From: Octopus sinensis
Taxonomy: Eukaryota
Direction: 5' to 3'
Assembly (NCBI RefSeq): GCF_006345805.1
Contig: NC_043000.1
Location: 57,350,001 to 57,414,000, forward strand
DNA: 64,000 nucleotides
A program made the translations under genes and the position numbers. Below the pieces are notes generated by a model. The model was not told the DNA's origin. It saw only the letters and a program-made list of their open reading frames with translations, and searched no databases. Position 1 is the first letter of the stretch. The number at the start of each line of letters is the position of its first letter. Below are positions 54,525-64,000 of the stretch, in pieces.

Positions 54525-54990
54525 TATACTGTACAGATATGCATACATGCAAAATAAAGATATGCAAACATAAATAAATATGTAGAAATATTAATAAGAA
54601 TGTTGAACTTACTCTTTCTTTCTTTCGTCGCTTATGTTCGATACGTGTTTTCTTTTTTTTTTCCCTCCCTTCCTCACTCATATGCAAACTCTCCCTCCCT
54701 CTCCCTCTCTCAAACACACTTTTTCGCCCCTCGCGCTCTCTCTCTCTTTTTTTCTTGCTGTCTCTCTCTCGCTTTATCTCTTTAACGACAACTGATCAAC
54801 ATTTATCCCTTCACAAACGGGGTTCTTAGCTAGGTCTGTGTACAGCCCGTCAGTCGTGATGTGCTTTTCACGTGTTCTGGACGTGCGACACACTAATTCC
54901 AACAGTAATTGAGAACTAGAAATGGAAAGAAGCAAGCAGTTCCTTGCTCTCCAAATCACGGCCATTCAGCACGGAAAAAACGTAGGCGTA
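54398..54990 (-). other. Candidate first non-coding exon
   Basis: CpG-retaining unique sequence with purine-rich tracts on the minus strand and donor CGC|GTAAGG at 54397. The 5' limit is a guess. Confidence 0.3.
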
Positions 54991-55092
54991 TTTTACTGCC
55001 TCGCTAAATAATTCATATACGTTCTCTCTCTGCTACCCTCTCTTTATCTATCAATACCTCATCTTTCATAACTTCTCACAATCTTTGGTTTC

Positions 55093-55137
<45 letters not shown>

Positions 55138-55273
55138 TCTCTCTCTTAAATCCCATCTCATCAATTGTTTTCCCGATTCTATACTATTTTCTTCTTTCAT
55201 CTGTTTCTATTTTCTGTTTTCTTTCTCTCTCATCTCCAAATCGTTCTATTACTAGGATTCCCTCCAAAAGGAA

Positions 55274-55350
55274 TACGTCATCCACGTTAACCAGTCCAGA
55301 TTGGTTGCCAATGAAAAGAAAATAGATACAGCACACAGCCCCTCCCCGCC
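55274..55350 (-). promoter_or_regulatory. Candidate proximal promoter
   Basis: CRE-like TACGTCA (55274-80), ATTGG (55300-04), CCAAT (55308-12) and GC box CCCCTCCCCGCC (55339-50) within 77 bp. Confidence 0.4.
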
Positions 55351-56189
55351 AAAAAGGAAAAAGTCAATCAAATACTAGTCTACAAAAATATCAATATTTT
55401 CAGTTCCTATTATTTGATTGACTGAAGAGGTGAACTTGGCAGAATCATTAGAGTAGAGTGTAGAATGCTTTGCAATATCCATTCTGGTTCTTTGAGCACT
55501 GAGTTCAAATCTTGCCAAGGTCAACTTTGCCTTTCATCCTTTTGAGATTGATTGCTTTCTCATATTGTGTGAGCCTAAGAATTATGTAACATGGAAGGTT
55601 TCTTTCTATGTTAGAACATAATTCATTTGTTACATTATTAAGAAAGGTATTCGTGCAATACAATTAATGGAAATACTTGGATGAAATAGCATATGACACG
55701 TACAGATGTCTTTGTTAGAAATTCAAAATTTTAGCTAATTTTTATATATCAAATACATATTTGATGCTGATGCTGGTGTTACATAACTGGCACCTATGCC
55801 GGTGGCATGTAAATAGCACCTACGACACTCTTGGAATGGTTGGAGTTAGGAAAGGCATCTAGCCATAAAAACCATGCCAAATCAGATTGGAACCTGTTGC
55901 AGCTCCCTAGCTTACCAGTTTTCAATCAAACTGTCCAACCCTGCCAGCATAGAAAATGGACATTAAATGATGATAATGATGTTGATGATGATGATATTCA
56001 AGTTCCATGGAGTCTTCCTCTTGGCTCAGTCCAGGTTGAATATGCAGCTATGAAGACAGTTATTAGGAGAGTGTACGTCAACTTAACCCAAGACACTCTG
56101 AATATGGCGAAAGTGGAGAACATCATGGTGACTCAAACTTCTGTGACATTCTGTGAAATTGGTAGAAAATTTGATTGTATTTGTAAGCT

Positions 56190-56231
<42 letters not shown>

Positions 56232-57720
56232 GTTTAACATCCGCTTTCCATGCTAGCATGGGTCGGACGATTTTGACTGAGGGCTGGCGAACCAGATGGC
56301 TGCACCAGGTTCCAATCTTGATCTGACAGAGTTTCTACAGCTGGATGCCCTTCCTAACGCCAACCACTCTGAGAGTGTAGTGGGTGCTTGGAAAATCTAG
56401 ATGAGCCACTGAACTGTTACATGAATAACAGCCATTCATTGGATAACAATTGGGTTCGCAAATGATTGAGATATGATTTCTATAGAGCAGAAAGAGGGAC
56501 TGAATCCAGTACTATAATTACATTAAGGGTGCATATGCCTGTGGAATACTCAGCCACTTAATAGTTAATTTTATGAGTAGGAATTCAGTTAATCATACAG
56601 CCAAATGTTCATTGTTGAGACTAATTGAGAACCCCTCCCTCAACTTCACTTGTTTTTATTCTTATTTTAGACTAGGGGAAGGGGATTTAACCTTGTCCTT
56701 CACAAGCCCACCCAAACTGGTGAAATTTTTACTGTCAATAGTCTTAATCAACTATATGTCAACAATTGCTGCAGGATAAAGAAAACAGAAAGGAATAGAG
56801 AGGGATTCAGAATTGATTCTGTGAAAAAAGGATTAGACATAGATGTTAATTCAGGACTTGAAAGAAGAGGAAGCGATATGAGTGAGGTGGAAGGTGGCTA
56901 GCTGGCAGAATTGTGAGCATGCTGAGCAAAATATTAACTGTATTTTGTTCATCTTTACATTCTGAATTCAAATTCTGCTGAGGTCAACTTTACCTTTCAT
57001 CTTTTTAGGGTCTTTTAGTTGAGCACTTTTTAATTGAGCACTGGAGTCAATGTAATTGTCTTACCCACTCGCTCAAACTTGCTGGCCTTGTGCCAAAATT
57101 TACAACCAATATGAATGAGGTGGATTTGAGTGGCAGTAGCATGGAGCCAACCATTTTGGAAGAGTAGAGGAGACTTACTCCAACCTTTAACCCACAGAGG
57201 TTGGAGTATGTTAGTTCTTTTCCTTCTTAACATGTCTACAGAGTAGAAGTAAAGGATCTTTGTGGTTTATGTCACTGTTTACAATTTTGTTCCAAATGTT
57301 TTCAAATTTGGTATATGGATAAAGTTTGTATACTAATTATGAAAATGAAATTCATTTTCCCTATAAATCCATAATTAAAAAGTTATTAGCGTTTAAATTT
57401 TCCAAAATTTGGGTATTTTAGCCAATCAGAAGTGAGTATTTTACACATCACTGTGGTGAAAAATGCTGTTTCCATAGTAATCAAAGATACTGTGCATGCA
57501 TACAAGGAGGAGGAGATACAAGAAAGATAATCTTCTACTGTGTGAACATATGTATGTGTGTACATGTACAAGGGAAGTATGTGAATGTGTGTGAACATTG
57601 ACAAGTATATTAATTTGACTTACTATCCATACTTATATATAAAATATTACAATTAGTTGTCATTTTTGACAGTATGAGGCCAGCTAGTTTATTTAATAAA
57701 ATCCTAGAGTGTATTGCAAA

Positions 57721-58728
57721 CTTGCATATGTTAATGACATAGATGCCAACTTAAAGAATGCCACAGTGCTGAAATATGCAGATGATATCAAGCTGTACCT
57801 CGAAATAAAGAGGACAGATCCTGTACACTATAGATCTTTATTGCAATCAGACTTGGACACAATGCAGTAATGGATCATGGACTGGCAACTTAAGCTGGCT
57901 GTGGCCAAATGTACTACCATGCATTTTGAGAGGAAAAACCCAGCATCTACTTACTCCCTCCACAACACTAGTCTCAAAAAGTCTTCTTGTGAATGTGACC
58001 TGGGCATTATTGTCGACAGTGATTTGCGTTGGATAAAACACATTGCTAAAATTGCCAAGAAGGCTGAGGGTGTCTTGGCATCACTTACCAAGTCCTTTGC
58101 GAGCTGCTCTCCAGATATCTATCTGAGGCTTTATATAGCTATGGTGCAGCCTCACCTGGAATTTGCATCACCGGTCTGGAACCTCTATCTTGCCCAGGAT
58201 ATCAGTCATCCGGAAATCATTCAGCAACGTGCAACCAAGAGAATACCCTCCATCAGGCATTTGCCATATTCTGAATGCCTTACTTCCCTGGGTATGGATA
58301 CATTGAAACTCCAACGTCTGGCAGCTGACTTGGCAGACACCCATAAAATTATTAACCATCTTACTAACAATAACTCTTTTCAAACTCCACCTGTCTAACA
58401 CCCGCGGACATGTTTACAAAGTCAGAAAACAGCACAGCTCCCGTGACTTTCGGAAACATTTTTTCACGCTAAGAGTTGATGAAGTATGGAACTAACTGCC
58501 GGCATCAGTTATTAGTTGTCGGAGCAATGCATCCTTCAAAACTTCCATGCTTCCTGAGATTCGCCAACACTACACCTGATTTTCTCCCCTCCATACACAC
58601 GCAAGCATGCATCTGACTCATACACTGTTCACTTTCCAGACATTTGTACATTACTGCATATGCTTTATATGCACTTTTGACAAGTTGTGGTGTACCTGAG
58701 CACTGTATACAATAATTTCATTATTATT
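57721..58728 (+). mobile_element. 5'-truncated CR1-type LINE
   Basis: YVND..KYADDIKLY, LQSDL, DLGIIVD, PHLEFASPVW, QQRATK, TRGH; one in-frame stop near 57868; ATT tail. Confidence 0.93.
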
Positions 58729-61700
58729 TGTTCTTGAATATTTTTAACTAATGAATATCTGTTTTAAACAATGTTTTGACTGTTATTTCTAGCAACTCAT
58801 GTTGGTTTGTTTGTTTATGGCTTTTAAATATTTGCTCAAAAATGTTTTAATGTTAACTTCATTCGTGTATATTTTAATGTTTTGACTGTTATTTATCGCA
58901 ATGTTTTGACATGCCGATGCCCCCCCTCCCATCCCCCGGTTCCAATGATGTAAGAGACAGCTAATGTGCTGTTTTTTGATTTGCCAAAAATTAAGAAAAT
59001 TATCAAACTTTGAACACCTGTAACATTTTTGCAAAATTTTTCTGGAATAAATGAATAACAAATTTGGATTCAGTGTCAAAAATTACATCTATATGATACA
59101 TTAAAAATTTGTTTTAAAGATAATTGTAAACAATGACGAAAACCACAAAGATTGAACCAGATTGAACATTCCTTTCTTGATCATTCAAAGTAACCAATTT
59201 TGCAAGAGAGGATATATGGCTAAAAGTACTTAACCCTTTGCCTATCCAAAGCATTTTCATAAGTTTATCCTCAATGTCCATGCTTGTTTTCAGACTTTTA
59301 GTTAGCCCTTGTTTCATATGTTCTGTGTAATATAAAGTTTTGCTTTCATACATCCCAAGTTACTCTGATGGTTGAAACCAACTGAGAATGTGTATCATAT
59401 ATGATGCATGAATGCCAGGGAGATATGTCCTGTATATTACATGATACATAAGACAGACCAAAAGTTAATTAGTACCTTATTTTTTTTTATCTTACTTGTT
59501 TCAACCATTGGACTGTGGCCATGCTGGAGCACCACTTTGAAGGGTTTAGTCAAACATATCAATATCAGAACTTATTTTTAGGTCCAGCACTTATTCTATC
59601 AGTCTGTTTTGATGAACTCCTAGGTTACAGGGATGTAAACCAACTCTGTTGTCAAGTAGTGGCTGGAGACACACACACATACACACATACATGTATATAT
59701 ACATGGCAGGCTTCCATGCATTTAGAGAGAGAGAGAGATATTAAGTGTGACTGTGTTAAATACAGTGTTTAGGTACACTACAGCTCCCTAGAAAAAGGCA
59801 AGGAAGTGGACAGAAAGTGGCAGTATATTAAGTAAAGAAAGACAGCAATGAAAGCCATAAGTTCATACACAGTACACAGACTGAAATACATATAGACAGA
59901 AAAGAGAAATAGCAAAGGAGCCATAAAGAGGAAAGGGTGCCTAGGCATGTCAGGAGTAGTGCTGGTGGATTTGGAGAAACATGTAGCTATTGAAAGCAGT
60001 AGAGTCAATCAAATAGGATAGATTATTCCATGCTCTGATAATTCTGAGCAGGGAAAAAATGTTTCTGTTAATCATGGGTGTTGTGTTGTTTGTTAATTTG
60101 ATAAGCATGTCCACAAACAGTGGAGATATTGAATTTCAAAAGGTGGTTGGGTATCCTATTGGCATAGCCATCCATCTGTTGTCTTTACATATGACACACT
60201 TAATAAGGAGGCAACTAAAAAATTGTTCAACCTGCCAGAAATAGCAGGCAAATTTCCATTTGTTCAACCTGGACTTATCTTGGTATATGAGACTTTCCAA
60301 AAATTAAACTTGAATTATTGTTGTTTAAGAGGCTAGGTGCTGCACAGCCAGACAACCTACTGATAGTAATTCATTATTTGTCAATAACACAGCATTATGT
60401 ATGTAGCCAAAATACTTTACTCTCAACAATTGATTCTGCTTATCAATAGTTTGGACCCTGTCAACACTATAAATTTACAAAGGACATGCTATGTGTAATG
60501 ATCAGATCAATGAAAAAGTTTCTTCATAAATATTTTATATTGATAATATGAAAAATACTCTAACTTCATCAGACAGCCTTGCATTCTGTTGACATAATAT
60601 ATATTATCATACACCATGGTTACTAAACACAGGATTGCAAGCGTTATAGCCTCTAGTCACACCTGTAGAAATTTCATGTTTTATAAATGTTTTTATTTCT
60701 ATTTTGATACATAAATTTATAGATTTTCTTAATATTGTTTCATTATGTTAAAATTTTTTATTATGACTTGGACTTGTTTCCATAGCTGAGGTCATTTAAA
60801 GTATAATAATAAAGCTTGATTTTAATTTCAGCATTGATCTTTGTTCCTTAACAAAATACAAACTGGCCGTATCCAGCCCAAATATTCTACCTATTTTATG
60901 TTTAAACTGGCCAGACCTCGCCTCCTATACCTACTCTATAATGTCATTCTAAAAATTTACATTTACATCATCAAAATCACAGTGCTACAATATAATACAC
61001 GCTTAATACAAAACAATGTGAATAGATAGGCAGTACATTTGACAAAGTAATCTGAATGCTAAAGGGTTAATGATAAGCATATCACTTGAATACATGCCAT
61101 GACAAATAATGATACCATGGATATAAAATGGAAGATTGTATTTAAAAAATGGTTAAATTACAATATTTGTGTTGATAAAAAGTGAAGAGTTTGCAAAATA
61201 TATTGAAATAGAACAAGATTGTACTTGTAAAATACACACTGAATACTTATTCTTAAACTTTAAGAAAACTACATCATGATAAAATCAAGAAAAATATTAC
61301 CAATTTAAGCAGGTTTAACAATACATCAAACATTAATACATAGAATTATAAATATCTAGGTCATGTTGAAAGAATTCAGTACACTTTGAATCAACGAAAA
61401 AAGATTCAACACAAAGAACTAGAAGGTTGGGGAAATAGGTATATCACAACTTTATAAAAAAGTAAGATCAGAAACAACAATTTTTATCACTTATATTTGA
61501 ATTCCTGTATTTCTTTTGAAGTGAAGATGATATGACTACAAATATAAAAATCTGAAAACAGTAAAGTGTCCTAGGAAATTTTAACTCAAATGAATATTTA
61601 AAAATCGAACCTTAAATTTGTACCAACACTATATGATGTCTAAATTTGTAATATTACAACACCATCACTTGTTAACATAGGTAATGAAGGTTAGATAAAA

Positions 61701-63447
61701 CTGAAATAAATGTCTTTTCAAGCAATGTTGGCAACATTTATATGGTTTAATTCTTTAGCATTCAGAATACTCTGTCAAATGCAGTGCTTATTTATTCACT
61801 TTGTTTTGAATTAATCTTTCAATATCTTGTAGCTTCTAGATGTTGATGATGTGGTTGTTTATTTTTAAAATGACATTATAGGGTAAGTGTGAGAGGCTGG
61901 ATCGAGTCAGTCTGAACATAAATCAGGTAGAATATTTGAACCAGATATGGATGGTTTAAATGTTAAAGGATTAAGCAAACAATAGCAGGCTAGACTCACA
62001 AACTAGGAACTGCTATTATGTATGACTTGAAGAGCCATTTTAAGAACAGTAACACATTTTTTCAAATGTTTATAATACACATTTTCCTTTATTTTACTTA
62101 CTAAACAGTCTCTGAATTTTGTTTAGGATAGATAACTGGCTCTGCATTGGTTACAACAACAAGGGTTCCAGTTGATCTGACCAATGAAACAGCCAGCTCA
62201 TGAAATTAACATGCAAGTGGTTGAGCACTCCACAGACACATGTACTCTTCATGTAGTTCTGAGGGAGATTCAGTATGACACAGAATGTGACAATGCCGGC
62301 CCTTTGAATTATACATACACCTCATTTTGCCAGCTGAGTGAACTGGAGCAACATAAAATAAAGTGTCTTGCTCAAGGACACAATGTGATGCCAGGAATCA
62401 AACACGTGATCTTACGATCATGAGCTGAATACCTTAAACACTAAGCCATGTGCCTTCACCTAGGATATTTGAGAATAAAGCATTATATACACATTGAACA
62501 GTGAGAATATTTGTTCTTAATACATTCCATTAGATTCAAATGAGAATATGTTAATCACTGTTGTGCTTCATCACAGGAGAAAAATTCTCCAATACAACAA
62601 ATGGATGTTTATAGCATACTTGCACAAGGGACTTCATTTGCACAAAGGACTTTGTAGTGAATCTTGCAAGCATGAAGTGGATTCGATCCACCATAGCCAA
62701 ATCTAAATTAACACTTCAACAGAACTTTTCACAGTAAAACAATAGTTTTTTTGTGACAGCAGTTTTACATTTGCCAGATTGCCTTAGCTAGGCCAAAATA
62801 ATGTCTTCACCACTTGAACCTTTCTAACCTCTTCAATTTCACCAAAAGCCAGAATAGAGATATCACAGTAACACCAACGAAGAACCAGTCTTTACAAACA
62901 GATTACATTCCATCCTACGGTGTACCGACTATTGGCTTCCCATATTATTGTTTACTAATTAATATCATCCATTACAGTTGGTGACCCTGTGGAAAAAGAA
63001 TCGCTGCTTTCTGAAGCTACATTACCAACAAATTGGTAACCCCGTGTAAAGAGAATTGCTACCTTCTGATGTTACATGCCGCTGCATTTTTGCTGACTTC
63101 AAACTAAAGAACTACAGTCTTCATATATTATTTATATTATTATATGATCGAACGCCACGCATCCTTTTTGAAGTAAGTTTTATCTATATAGATATAGATA
63201 TATAAATGTATATATATATATATATTTATATATACTAGCTGGACCCATGAAAAATTCATGAAAAGCATAAAAAATGTAAGCATATCTAAATAGTGTACTG
63301 GTGCCATGAGAAATGTTTGTATATTATGACCGTCTGTCACCAAATAAATATTTCCTTAAAACTTCATGTATTGTTCATCTTTCACATCTTACAACATGCT
63401 GTTACACTAATTAATATCACCCATTACAGCTTCATTAGCATAGGGGA

Positions 63448-63494
63448 CTCTGGGACACTCGTGTTTTGATATTATTGTGTCTCATCAGCCAGAG
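63448..63494 (-). ncRNA. Type I hammerhead motif with G12A substitution, probably inactive
   Basis: Minus strand: CUCUGG-CUGAUGA-GACACAAUAAUAUC-AAAAC-ACGAGU-GUC/CCAGAG; perfect 6-bp P1, ACAC/GUGU stem III, weak P2. Confidence 0.6.
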
Positions 63495-63661
63495 ACAGCC
63501 TGGACAAATAAATCTAAACAGTAAAAGTTCTTGAGTATAATTTCAACAAAAAAACTGTTTCCTTGTCCATGCTGTATTTACCAACTGATAATAAGTTTTC
63601 ATTGAGATATTTCAGAGATGTGTTTAAATTTGCATCAGCATTAAAGCTATGAAATGTTTAT

Positions 63662-64000
63662 AGACACAGACGTTGCTGTGTGTTATGAAGCTTTAGCTGC
63701 AGGCATGGCTATCTGGTGAGTAGCTTGCTTCCCAGCTAGACGGTTCCTGATTGAGTACCACTTCATGCACTTTGGACAAGTGTTTTCTTATATAATCTCA
63801 GGCCAAACAAAGCCTCATAAGTGGATTTCGTAGACAGAAACTGAAAGAAGCCCATCATTTATATTTGATATCTGTGTGTGTCTTTGTGTCTGTGTTTGTC
63901 CAACATACTGGTGTTGGTGTGTGTATGTCTCCATAACTTAGCAGTTTGGCAAAAGAGACTGACAGAATAAGCACCAGGCTTCAAAAAAGAAATAAGTACC
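63662..64000 (+). mobile_element. tRNA-derived SINE (family A), running off the window end
   Basis: GGATTTCGTAGACAGAAACTGAAAGAAGCCC and TAACTTAGCAGTTTGGCAAAAGAGAC blocks. Confidence 0.75.

Noticed and set aside
60059-60244. ORF with FQKVVGYPIG resembling Penelope RT (RQVVGIPMG); NFTK-like text near 62835
   Set aside because: Similarity is too short and degenerate to call without an HMM search.
60520-60580. Minus-strand CUGAUGA at 60566-60572
   Set aside because: No credible P2, P3 or P1 pairing around the nearest GAAAC.

Overview
AT-rich, repeat-dense eukaryotic DNA, most likely from an octopus (inferred from the SINE, RTE-tail and microsatellite repertoire; no database was searched). I can support one host coding exon: a minus-strand exon at 16908-17150 with the neurensin-family motif YIGVKSYLHYFYE. 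Candidate upstream non-coding exons and promoters lie at about 31 kb, 36.6-37.3 kb and 54.4-55.4 kb. The rest is decayed Tc1/mariner, pogo/Tigger, piggyBac-type MITEs, Helitrons, tRNA-derived SINEs, RTE and CR1 LINE pieces, a Ty3/gypsy integrase relic and a CRE-like restriction-endonuclease retrotransposon. The main unexplained signal is a dispersed set of type I hammerhead ribozyme (HHR) motifs from several unrelated sequence families, all with very short, near-palindromic stem III, as in Penelope-like element pLTRs and retrozymes. Three have fully canonical cores (4737-4824 minus, 5086-5173 plus, 21900-21990 minus), one is a U4C variant (7539-7584), and others are minimal or decayed. Several fold-back palindromes have their inversion point inside or beside an HHR motif. 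All alignments and folds were done by eye; coordinates of decayed elements are approximate.
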